Shown here one piece after another: positions 25,551 to 36,996 of a stretch of DNA of 64,000 nt (its first letter is position 1; each line of letters opens with the position of its first letter). Below the pieces are notes generated by a model, which saw nothing but the letters and a program-made list of their open reading frames with translations, was not told the origin of the DNA and searched no databases. The DNA is taken from contig NC_091284.1 of assembly GCF_032444005.1 (NCBI RefSeq), positions 692,974,001 to 693,038,000 on the forward strand, in the 5' to 3' direction. This stretch comes from Ranitomeya imitator (Eukaryota). Both the position numbers and the translations under genes were made by a program.

Positions 25551-26325
25551 CCGTATATACCCGAGTATAAGCCCACCCCCTAATTTTGCCACAAAAAAAT
25601 GGGAAAACTTAATGACTTGAGTATAAGCCTAGGGTGGAAAATGCAGCAGCTACCGGTGAATTTCAAAAGTAAAAATAGATACCAATAAAAGTAAAATGAA
25701 TTGAGACATCAGTAGGTTAACTGTTTTTGAATATCCATATTGAATCAGGAACCCCATATAATGCTCCATAAAGTTTGATGGGCCCCATTAAATGCTCCAT
25801 ATTAAAATATGCCCCATATAATGCTGCATAAAGGTTAATAATGGCCCCATAATATGCTCCCTAGAGATATTTGCCCAATATAATGCTGCACAAATGCTGA
25901 TTATGGCCCTATAAGATGCTCCATACAGACACTTGCCCCATATAGTGCTGCACAAACGTTATGGCCCCATAGATGCTCCATACAGACACTTGCCCCATTT
26001 GCTGTGATAAAAAAAAAAAAAAAAATCACATACTCACCTCTCCGTCGCTCAGGCCCTCAGCTCTTTCAATATTCATGTGCTGATGGTTCCGGCGCCGCTC
26101 CATCTTCAGTACTGGCGTTCAGGCTGAGGGCGCGCACTAACTACATCACCGTGCCCTTTGACCTGAGCGTCACTGCTGAAGATGGAGCGGCGCCGAAACG
26201 AGGAGCAGGTAAGTATCGTGCAGCGCAGCGCTCCCCTCCCTGTTATACTTACCTGCTCCTGGCGCTGTGCAGTCCCTGCTTCCCCGGCGCTGCAGCTTCT
26301 TCCTGTAGTGAGCGGTCACCGTTAA
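25551..26325 (+). mobile_element. Tc2/pogo-like non-autonomous element, left part
   Basis: TA|ccgtatatacccgagtataagcc terminus; internal repeats shared with 27635-28717. Confidence 0.7.
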
Positions 26326-26339
26326 TTTTCCACTCGAGG

Positions 26340-26990
26340 GGTTGTCTAATCCTGGATCCGGAATATTAGAGGTGAATGGTCCGACAAGGATCTTGGTGCA
26401 TACTCCATATTGAACAGAGATGGGACATAGATGAATTGCACCACACCATGTTTATTCTCAGAAGTGATTGGCATGAGTATACCTGCGCTGATGGGTTCTT
26501 CCACCTCCACACATCTATCCACCCTAGTTAGGGCGTTTCCATTTGGCTGTTTCGCTGCCGATCTTCCAGCCCTGGACATGTGCGTGTTCTCATGTGAATT
26601 ACAAATGTTATTAAAATTGCCCATAATTATTAGCGGTAATTCTTTTTCTTAATCTGGACATTAGAAAAGGGAGGGGGTGTATATACCACTACAATAATAC
26701 ATTTGAAGCATGCCACCTTACAGTGCACCCTCCCCAAATGTTCACACCTCATCTTTAAAAAGGTCAATATATTGAAAGGGATTTTCCTTTTGATTTAGAA
26801 TGTGAACCCTCCTTGAGTAACTAGAGAAAACCCGAGTGAAGTGCAAGCCCAATCCATGCTGTATTCATCCAACTAATGGGCTCGGCCACCATGTGCGTTT
26901 CTTGCAGACCTACGATCATTGCCCCCAGTTTCCTAATATATTCGAAAATGGCTTGTCTTTAATTTGTCTCCCATGTCTCGGATATTCCAT
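26340..26990 (-). pseudogene. Decayed L1/Tx1-type APE endonuclease fragment
   Basis: Minus-strand motifs WNIR (about 26985), VYTPPPFSN...MGNFN and SLSDHSPL, in endonuclease order. Confidence 0.65.
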
Positions 26991-27634
26991 GAGTGACCCT
27001 TAACTGCTACCCCTATGAGAATCCAGGGAAATATCTGCCCATGCCCTCCACAACTGTGCATTTCACCTGTCCCAGCAACCTAAATGTATCCCAAGTTCCA
27101 ACCATATGCACATCCCACAAAAAACACTGCAAAGTAAATAAATTCAGAAGCCAAAATATATATTTTGGTAGCCAGACTAACACCCCTCCCCTAGAGGCAG
27201 GAATACTGTTGGGTGTACATCTATGCATCATAGCCAAGTAATATATATTTTTTTAGTTGTATGGAGCTTTGCTTTCATGTTAGTTGCCAGGAGATGTAAC
27301 CAAAACCGGGAGGATATTCCAGCTTTACAGAGGGCTTGTTACCAGCTGGTCATTATTTTACTCCCACTGCCTTTACTATTCAATTTTTTTATTTTCTTGT
27401 AAATCCACCTTATGGTTCCAAAAATATGGGGCATTTGATCTTATTTGGTGCTAATTTTTATGCACTTTACCAAGAGGGTGTTGCTCATGAATTCTCTGGT
27501 GGCGTGTCTTTATGCTGCTCTGCACAATTGCGCTGCAAACAATCCTTGCTTGTTAAAGACCATACAGATTTGCACTAAATTAAAAGGCTAGTAGCTCTAC
27601 AGGCAATATGGTGTGTATGTATGTATGTGTGTGT

Positions 27635-28717
27635 AAGCCGACCCCCCCCCCCCCCTAATTTTGCCACAAAAAAATGGGAAAACTTATTGACTCGAGTATA
27701 AGCCTAGGGTAGGAAATGCAACAGCTACCGGTGAATTAAAAAAATTAAAATAGATGCTCCATACCATTCATTATTGCCCCATATATGCTCCATGTAAAGC
27801 TGTGCCACATATAATGCTCTGCACCGTTCATTATGGCCCCATAGATGCTCCATATAAAGCTGTGCCATATATAATGCTCTGCACCGTTCATTATGGTCCC
27901 ATAGATGCTCCATATAATGCTGTGCCACATATAATGCTCTATACCGTTCATTATTGCCCCATAGATGTGCCATATAAAGCTGTGCCATATAGTGCTCTGC
28001 ACCGTTCATTATTGCCCCATAGATGTGCCATAGAAAGCTGTGCCATATAGTGCTCTGCCATATATAATGCTCTGCACCGTTGATTATTGCCCCATAGACG
28101 TGCCATATAAAACTGTGCCATATATAATGCTGCTGCAATAAAAAAAACAAACTACATACTCCCCTCTCTTGCTTGCAGCTCCTCAGCGTCCCGTCTCGGC
28201 ATCTCTCCGCACTGACTGTTCAGGCAGAGGGCGGCGCGCACACTAGTACGTCATCGCGCCCTCTGACCTGCACAGTCACTGCAAGAGGACACGAAGACAG
28301 AGCGGCGCCCGGCGTGTGGAACGCGGACAGTTAACTATGACATACTTACCTGCTCCCGGCGTCCCTGGCTCCTTCTCCCGGACAGCTGGTCTCCGGGTGC
28401 CGCAGCCTCTTCCTCTATCAGCGGTCACTGGCACCGCTCATTAGAGGAATGAATATGCGGCTCCACCCCTATGGGAGTGGAGTCCATATTCATAACTTTA
28501 ATGAGCAGTCCCACGTGACCGCTGAACAGGGGAAGAGCTGCAGCACCCGAAGACCGTGGGACTGCAGGGACAGCGCCAGGAGCCCCGGAAGCAGGTGAGT
28601 ATGCCTCAGACCTCTCTCCCCCTCACCCGCCGACCCCACCGCTGACCGTGACTCGAGTATAAGCCGAGAGGGGCACTTTCAGCCCAAAAATCTCGGCTTA
28701 TACTAGAGTATATACGA
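27635..28717 (+). mobile_element. Tc2/pogo-like non-autonomous element with intact right end
   Basis: Ends ggcttatactagagtatatacga|TA; left tip lost in a tg/tgta microsatellite. Confidence 0.72.
27760..28130. repeat. 60-bp tandem repeat, about 6 units
   Basis: Successive 60-nt lines are near-identical (ataatgctctgcaccgttcattatggccccatagatgctccatataaagctgtgccatat). Confidence 0.92.
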
Positions 28718-29109
28718 TATAGATATATATAGCAAAGCAAAAGACATTCTCAAATAAGAGTAAAATCTGGAAACTTATTAATCTGGCAACTCTAAAGGAA
28801 ACCTGTCACTTTGGAAAACACTAGTTATCTGCAGTTATAAGAGTAACCCCTTAAAGACCGCCAATATGCCATTTAATGGCGGCAGTTAAGGGTACTTATT
28901 CCACATCGTCGCTTTATAAATGGCATTGAGAAATAAGTGTATAGCGCCCCCCGCTTCGGAAATTCTCCGGGGTCTCGGCTACCAGGGGTAACTGAGACCC
29001 GGGAGGACATGATTCGGGTCGGTTTTTACCAACCCGAGTGTTGCGATCACCGTTATACATGGAACAACGGCGACCACAAAAAAAAAAAAAAAAATAACTT
29101 TCCCATTTA

Positions 29110-30446
29110 CCGTATTTTTCGCTTTATAAGACGCACCTGATTATAAGACGCACCCCCAAATTTGGTGAAGAAAAAAATATTTTTTTTATGTTAAATGGGG
29201 GTCTGTCTTATAATACCAGTGTCCGTCTTACAAATCATACGTCCCTCATCCTGGTATCTATATAACCCTCATGCTTGTGCTGGCACATGCCCCCCTGCTG
29301 TCAGGCACATGCCCACTTGGTCACTATATGCTTCCCTGTGCTGCTGGTAGACACATGCCCCCCCTGGGTTACTATATGCCCCCCTGTGCTGCTGGAAGAC
29401 ACATGCCCCCCCATGGTTACTATATGCCCCCCTGTGCTGCTGGAAGACACATGCCCCCCCATGGTTACTATATGCCCCCCTTGCTGCTGACAGGTACACC
29501 CCCCCCCCCCCCCGGTCACTATATGCCCCCCAGTGCTGCTGGCAGGTACAGGCCCCCCGGTCACTATATGCCCTCCCGTGCTGCTGGCAGACACATGATC
29601 CCCCTGTGCTGCTGGCACACATGCCCAGACCTTGTGCTGCTGGCAGACACATGCCCCCTCCTCCCCCTGTGCTGCTGGCAGACACATGCCCCCCCCCCGT
29701 GCTGCTGGCAGACACATGCCCCCCCCCCGTGCTGCTGGCAGACACATGCCCCCCCCTGTGCTGCTGGCTGACACATGCCCCCCCCCCTGTGCTGCTGGCA
29801 GACACATGCCCCCCCCTGTGCTGCTGGCTGACACATGCCCCCCCCCCCCCCCTCGTGCTGCTGGCAGACACATGCCCCCCCCCCCCCCCGTGCTGCTGGC
29901 AGACACATGCCCCCCCCCCTGTGATGCTGGCAGACGCATCCCCCCCCCCCTGTGCTGCTGGCACACACAAACCCCCCCCGTGCTACTGGCAGACACATTC
30001 CCCCCCCCCCCCCCCCCCCCCCGCTGGAGGCCACATGGCCCCCCGACCTCCACCCCCGCTGATGGAAGACACATGACACCCCCCCCCTTACCCTTCCCGC
30101 TGCTGGAAGACACATGACTGGGGGGGCGATATCCATGATGGGAGGGGGGGGGGGGGGATATGCAGGCACATGTAATATTTGCTGCTCCCCTGTGGGTCAA
30201 CTCGTACAGCTTCAGCACCAAGGTGATGGACAGCGGGTGCAGTGAATACACATGCCCCCCCTGTGATGCCCCCCTGTGCTGCTGGAAGACACATGCCCCC
30301 CCTGGGTTACTATATGCCCCCTCTGCTCTCTGCAGCCTGGAGCCAGCCCACCCCAGCCCCCTGACACCACTTCAGAGCCGCATCCCTCCTCTACAGCACA
30401 GCACATCACCCCCACAAAAGTGCATCTTATAATCCGAAAAATACGG
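29110..30446. mobile_element. Tc2/pogo-like MITE with a C-rich minisatellite
   Basis: TA|ccgtatttttcg...cgaaaaatacgg|TA; internal units gtgctgctggcagacacatg(C)n at about 29280-30310. Confidence 0.85.
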
Positions 30447-30644
30447 TAATTTCTCTTTCCGCTGATATAATCTAGCACATCAGAGGAGAGAGAAATGGGG
30501 TCCCCCGAGAACACCCCTCTGGTATCTCTGGACCCTCCTGCATCCCCCGATCCTGTTCCCCGGCCGTCGGCGTCTTCCGGGAAGTAAATGTTGGGCACAT
30601 GCGCAGTTATAAAAAATTATGACAAAATAAAAATTTATTTCCAT

Positions 30645-30820
30645 TAGGGTTAGTGTTGGACTAGGGTTAGGGTTGGGCTAGAGCCAGGGTTAGGGTTGGG
30701 CTAGGGTTAGGGATGGAACTAGGGTTAGGATTGCGGTTAGGGTTGTGATTATGGTTGGGATTAGGGTTGTGTTGGGAATTAAAGGTGTGTTGGGGTTGGG
30801 ATGTGTGTTGGGGTTAGAAT
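30645..30820 (+). repeat. Degenerate (TTAGGG)-like array inside the outer piggyBac-like element
   Basis: ttagggttag, ctagggttagggttggg units. Confidence 0.8.
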
Positions 30821-32775
30821 TGGGGGGTTCCACTGTTTAGGTACATCAGAAGGTCTCCAAACATGACATGGCACCCACCATTGATTCTAGCCAATTTTGC
30901 ATTCAAAAAGTCAAACTGTGCTCCCTCCCTTCTGAGCCCTGCCATGCACCAAAACAGTGGCTTTCCCCCACAGGATATCTGTGTACTCAGGAGAAATTGC
31001 ACAACATATTTTGCAGTCCAGTTTCTCCTGATACCATTGTGAAAATAAAAAAAAATTGGTTCCAAAGTTAATTTTTTTGAGAAAAAAGTAAAATGTTCAT
31101 TTTTTTCCATCCACATTGCTTTAGTTCTCGTGAAGCACTTGAAGGGTTAATAAACTTGAATGTGGGTTTGCGCACCTTGAGGGGTTCAGTTTTTAGAATG
31201 GTGTCACTTTTGTGTATTTTCTGTCATATTGACCTCCAAAACTCACTTCAAATGTGAGATGGTCCCTAAAAAAATAAGTTTATAACTTTTGTTGTAAAAA
31301 TGAGAAATCACTGGTCAACTTTTAACCCTTATAACGTCCTAACAAAAAAAAAAATGTTTCCAAAATTGTGCTGATGTAAAGTAGACATATGGTAAATGTT
31401 AGTTATTAACTATTCTGTCCCACATATCTCTGATTTAACCCCTTTACCCCCAAGGGTGGTTTGCACGTTATGGACCTGGCCAATTTTTACAATTCTGACC
31501 ACTGTCCCTTTATGAGGTTATAACTCTGGAACGCTTCAACGGATCCCGGTGATTCTGACACTGTTTTCTCGTGACATATTATACTTCATGATAGTGGTAA
31601 AATTTCTTTGATATTACCTGCGTTTATTTGTGAAAAAAACGGAAACATGGCGAAAATTTTGAAAATTTCGCAATTTTCCAACTTTGAATTTTTATGCAAT
31701 TAAATCACAGAGATATGTCACACAAAATACTTAATAAGTAACATTTCCCACATGTCTACTTTACATCAGCACAATTTTGGAACCAAAATTTTTTTTTGTT
31801 AGGGAGTTATAAGGGTTAAAAGTTGACCAGCAATTTCTCATTTTTACAACACCATTTTATTTTAGGGACCACATCTCATTTGAAGTCATTTTGAGGGGTC
31901 TGTATGATAGAAAATACCCAAGTGTGACACCATTCAAAAAGCTGCACCCCTCAAGGTTCTCAAAACCACATTCAAGAAGTTTATTAACCCTTCAGGTGTT
32001 TCACAGGAATTTTTGGAATGTTTAAATAAAAATGAACATTTAACTTTTTTTCACCAAAAATTTACTTTAGCTCCAATTTGTTTTATTTTGCCAAGAGTTA
32101 CAGGAGAAAATGGACCCCAAACCTTGTTGTACAATTTGTCCTGCGTACGCCGATACCCCATAAGTGGAGGTAAACTACTGTTTGGGCGCATGACAGAGCT
32201 TGGAAGCGAAGGAGCGCCATTTGACTTTTTAATGCAAAATTGACTGGAATTGAGATGGGACGCCATGTTGCGTTTGGAGAGCCACTGATGTGCCTAAACA
32301 TTGAAACCCCCACAAGTGACACCATTTTGGAAAGCAGACCCCCTAAGGAACTTATCTAGAGGTGTGGTGAGCACTTTGACCCACCAAGTGCTTCACAGAA
32401 GTTTATAATGCAGAACCGTAAAAATAAAAAATAATTTTTGTGAAAAAAAAATGATCTTTTCGCCCCCAATTTTTTATTTTCTCAATGGTAAGAGAAGAAA
32501 TTGGAACCAAAAAGTTGTTGCACAATTTGTCCTGAGTACTCTGATACCCCATATGTGGGGGTAAACCACTGTTTGGGCGCATGGGAGACCTCGGAAGGGA
32601 AGGAGCGCCGTTTGACCTTTCAATGCAAAATTGATAGGAATTGAGATGGGACGCCATGTTGCGTTTGAAGAGCCTCTGATGTGCCTAAACATTGAAACCC
32701 CCCACAAGTGACACCATTTTGGAAAGTAGACCCCCTAAGGAACTTATCTAGAGGTGTGGTGAGCACTTTGACCCA

Positions 32776-33903
32776 GAGAAAAGTATAATACCAGATGACC
32801 AAATTAGTATCAATCAAAAAAATAATACCAAAACTAATATATACAATAACTTTATTTCAAAACCAAAAAATGCGATTAAAAACTTAGCACAACGCCCAAA
32901 ATCCCTATCGTTAGGGATTGGGTAGATAAAAAATCTGGCCTGATAGTTAAAGGGCAGACGGGTGGGAGCAGGATAAAAAACCCTATATGTCCCTGATTAC
33001 TCCCTGCCTGTCAGCGGAGGTTGGCACCCTCTTGGACGCAATATGGCGCCCCCGCTCCTCGACTGCTAACCCTAAAGGCCCTACAAATCCCTATAGTAAT
33101 GTGGGGATGCTAAATACCTCTAGATACCTACTAACTAGCACCCAGACACACCAAACCACATATACCACCAAAAACACCAGACGGTGAATCACCAATAATA
33201 AATTAAGTTAGGAAAGCACGATCTGACCGTACCACGCCCTACAGATATGTTGATATAAGGCTATCCTACTTAATGGCTATTGCACCCTCCAAAAACCCTA
33301 CCTGGTAATACCTGCCTGACGGCGGAGGTTGGCACCCTCTTGGACGCAAATTGGCGCCCCCGCTCCTCGGCGGCTGTCCCTACTGACCCTTGGACGATCC
33401 CTATCAAACAGGGAACCTGTAAATATGTGTCTAAGGGGCTACACTAGTGTGCCTTGCCAAATTACCCCTATTGCTCGGTCAGACCAAACTCAGATACCCA
33501 ATGACACAAGCACACCGTGGTCTAGAACGCTATCCTTGTTAAAGCCCACCAGAGTATTCAACAGATATTAGCACATATTAAATGGGTATAACAATAACCT
33601 CCCCCAGGTAAAGTTTTATAAATCTTAGATGCTCATAGCCACAACACTAACTCAGATATGGAGATCTCATGTTACCAAGGGCACAATACAACTGATATAT
33701 AAACATTCATACGGTGCCCCAATTGTAAACGTACAAATGGTGAAATACCAAAAAGAATACCAATAAAAGACCAGATACACTTATCTGTGTTCAGGTCTCG
33801 CCTCTACGCGTTTCCCCCCCATGATATGGTTCCTTAGGAGGCGTATGGGTAAGTCAAAATCCGTGTGCTGAAGACACATCAGAGATAGGTGCTGTGCCTG
33901 GTT
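32776..33903 (-). mobile_element. Penelope-like retroelement fragment (pLTR-type)
   Basis: 17-bp direct repeat gtgagcactttgaccca on both flanks (32759-32775, 33904-33920); minus-strand AATAAA near 32850; duplicated gcggaggttggcaccct module; hammerhead-like motif. Family assignment is inference. Confidence 0.65.
33795..33844 (-). ncRNA. Degenerate minimal type I hammerhead ribozyme
   Basis: Minus strand ACGCCTC-CTAAGGA-ACCATATCATGG-GGGG-GAAAC-GC-GTA-GAGGCG: stem I CGCCTC/GAGGCG, stem II CCAT/ATGG, palindromic stem III ACGCGT; core CUGAnGA reads CUAAGGA. Confidence 0.6.
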
Positions 33904-34254
33904 GTGAGCACTTTGACCCACCAAGAGCTTCACAGAAGTTTATAATGCAGAGCCGTAAAAATAAAACAAAATTTTTTTCCCACAAATATTATTTTTTAGC
34001 CCCCAGTTTTGTATTTTCCCAAGGGTAACAGGAGAAATTGGACCCCAAAAGTTGTTGTCCAATTTGTCCTGAGTACGCTGATACCCCATATGTTGGGGTA
34101 AACTCCTGTTTGGGCACACGGGAGAGCTCGGAAGGGAAGGAGCACTGTTTTACTTTTTCAACGCAGAATTGGCTGGAATTGAGATCTGACGCCATGTCGC
34201 GTTTGGAGAGCCCCTGATGTGTCTAAACAGTGGAAACCCCCCAATTATAACTGA

Positions 34255-34466
34255 AACCCTAATCCAAGCACACCCCTAACCCTAATTCCAACGGTAACCC
34301 TAACCACACCTCTAACCCTAATCCCAACCCTATTCCCAACCGCAAATGTAATCCAAACCCTAACCCTAACTGTAGCCGTAACCCTAACTGTAGCCGTAAC
34401 CCTAACTGTAGCCGTAACCCTAACTGTAGCCGTAACCCTAACTGTAGCCGTAACCCTAACTGTAGC
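34255..34466 (-). repeat. Telomere-like CCCTAA array with an 18-mer expansion (ccctaactgtagccgtaa) x5
   Basis: Direct reading. Confidence 0.88.
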
Positions 34467-34884
34467 CTGGAAATAAATACATTTTTTAATTTTTTTTTAT
34501 TTTTCCCTAACTAAGGGGGTAATGAAGGGGGGTTTGATTTACTTTTATAGCGGGTTTTTTAACGGATTTTTATGATTGGCAGCCGTCACTCACTGAAAGA
34601 CGCTTTTTATTGCAAAAAATATTTTTTGCGTTACCACATTTTGAGAGCTATAATTTTTCCATATTTGAATCCAGAGTCATGTGAGGTCTTGTTTTTTGCG
34701 GGACGAGTTGACGTTTTTATTGGTAACACTTTCGGGCACGTCACATTTTTTGATCGCTTTTTATTCCGATTTTTGTGAGGCAGAATTAGCAAAAACCAGC
34801 TATTCATGAATTTCTTTTGGGGGAGGCGTTTATACCGTTCCGCGTTTGGTAAAATTGATAAAGCAGTTTTATTCTTCGGGTCAG

Positions 34885-35472
34885 TGTCGGGGTCGTCACG
34901 ACAATACCCTTCCTTCACCAGTCATTCCAAATCAGATTTAAAGCAGTGGTACCGGAGTGAAGAATGAGTCAGACAAAAGCTGGTTCAAACTCAGTGCCTG
35001 CTTATGCTTCCACACGTAGTGGTAACCCCACAGCAACTACTTTATTTTCTAATGCACAACATTATATGACCTATTGGGGGAAGGTGTGCAGAGGGCGGGG
35101 TTTAAGCAATGTATCTAGTATTCAGTCCTTCTGGTTGGTCTGACATCATATGATGGATCCTCCTTCCTCCACGTCACTTAAAATTTCCATTTCTCCAAGA
35201 ACGATACCTTAGCTTCAGAAACGAAAGTGGATTCTTGGCAAGAACTAAAACTAAGGCGTCACGTTAAGTTTCGATTTCCAGAGAAATGATACTTGGCTTC
35301 TGGAATGTGAAACTTGTTTCTTCAGCAGAGTGAATCTAGGACAAAGGTGAATACTGGCAGCCATCTTAACTACAGTTAAATTTGCATTAATAAGCATGAA
35401 GGGGAAAAACTTATTGTTTCACAGCATAAGAATATACAAAAGAGTATAAAGACATATATTTTCACCTTGACA
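34885..35472 (-). repeat. ERV 3' LTR (588 bp)
   Basis: Direct repeat of 41636-42242; preceded on minus by PPT tagggggga-t (35473-35482); AATAAA on minus near 35040. Confidence 0.95.
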
Positions 35473-35648
35473 ATCCCCCCTAAACACTAAGTTTTTCCCT
35501 AAAAAGAAAGATCCTTCGAGACTGTCCATGTGATGGGGAAAGGGGAGGTGGATTTCTTCATCCAGACACCTCAGAAGCTCTCCCCTTGTGAGAGGCCTCC
35601 AGGCAGCTGAACCCTTCACTAGCTTCACATGGAGTTCTCCCACTGTCC

Positions 35649-36900
35649 CTAAACTAAATCTCTTAGCATCATCTGAGAATAAGGGGTTTTGTCTAATTTC
35701 TTGAGGGGGACATACTTGGGGATCTCCCCTGGATCAGTGCCATCGTACTCTGGTGAGTCTACTTCTTGGTTGAGGAAGGTGCCAGTCGGAGTTGCCTCAG
35801 TGATAATCTTTTTATACAGGGGAATAACACAACAGAGAACTATTGATCCAACTACAAGGAGAGCAATCAGTACTAGACAAGCTTGTTGAAGGAATCCTTT
35901 GAGCCCACCCAACCAACCGGAAAAGAAAGATGTGTCTACTCCAGCATTAGTTTTTAATTCTGCTGCTAACCCATTTATCTTTTTAAGGGCTATCATGGTC
36001 TTTCCATTTACCCCAGAGTTCTGAGGGATATAGGTACAACACTCCTCTCCCACCATCCCACAGACTCCTCCTTTCTCAGCTAAGATCATATCAAGGGCTA
36101 GTCTGTTTTGGAGGGTCATTCTAGTGTTAGGGCCTAACTCCTCAACTATACCTTGGAAAGCACCATAGATAAAATTGACAAACCTTTGTTCACTGTAATA
36201 TATGTAATTGATCCCATCAACATTTTTATTAATCTGCACTTGTGGATTAAAGAAGCAAAGCTAGCATAGATCTGGTTCTGGGCTTTAAATTGGTCAGGCA
36301 CTCCAATGCCATCGACATATACCAATAGATCTTCTTCATAACTCATATGGAGCTGATCGAGACTTCTCCTCTTTCTGGTATATTCATCAGCTGTTTCCGG
36401 ATCCCAAGGTAAAATCTTGAACTGCATAGCTAGTTTAACAAGGGTGCATTGACCTGTCCAGGCATTAGGCAACCTAGGACGGAGCTTACCATCTCCACAT
36501 AACCATTAAATGTCGTACATATACTGTGTATGATTAGCTAGCAAATCAGTATCTAGAGAACTGTTCTCTTTGCAGAAACCTGTCTCGAAGACCCCTACTG
36601 GTGTACCTGTAGTGTCGTGGGTATTATAGCAGGTATAATTATCAGCTAATACGGTTATCCCCCCTGGGACCTTTAGTTTGGGTTCTTCATGAATTAGTGG
36701 GACATAATCTGAGCAATCAGTGGACTTTAGACCCTTCAACAGATTCATAACACAGGCAGTAGTATTAAGTATATCCAATATATCCCAAATTTGATCATCT
36801 GGATAATCTGTGGCCCTAACCAATTTATCCCACATTTGTATAACTGACAATTTTATTGGCTACACCCATCTGTACTACTAATCTTTCATGATATTGTACA
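35649..36900 (-). pseudogene. ERV env (SU/TM), disrupted
   Basis: Furin site RKRR; immunosuppressive domain LQNRLALDMILAEKGGVC; CX6CC (CGMVGEECC); hydrophobic TM; in-frame stop near 36506 and frameshift near 36250-36290. Confidence 0.92.
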
Positions 36901-36996
36901 AACTTATTATTCAAGAATATTGGAGAATTTAGACTGTCCCATGCGGTTACCAGTATTATTATATGGAACTACGAAAAACTAAAACATTATGTCCCC

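Noticed and set aside
27760-28130. CRISPR-like regular arrays (also 7937-8250 and 14540-15620)
   Set aside because: Head-to-tail tandem repeats without unique spacers, inside eukaryotic transposons, with no cas genes.
29269-30251. Long Gly/Cys/Pro-rich ORFs (up to 316 aa) in several frames
   Set aside because: They are translations of the minisatellite, open in multiple frames on both strands.
35649-36900. env as a domesticated syncytin-like gene
   Set aside because: It has an in-frame stop and a frameshift, and sits in a recent provirus with both LTRs.
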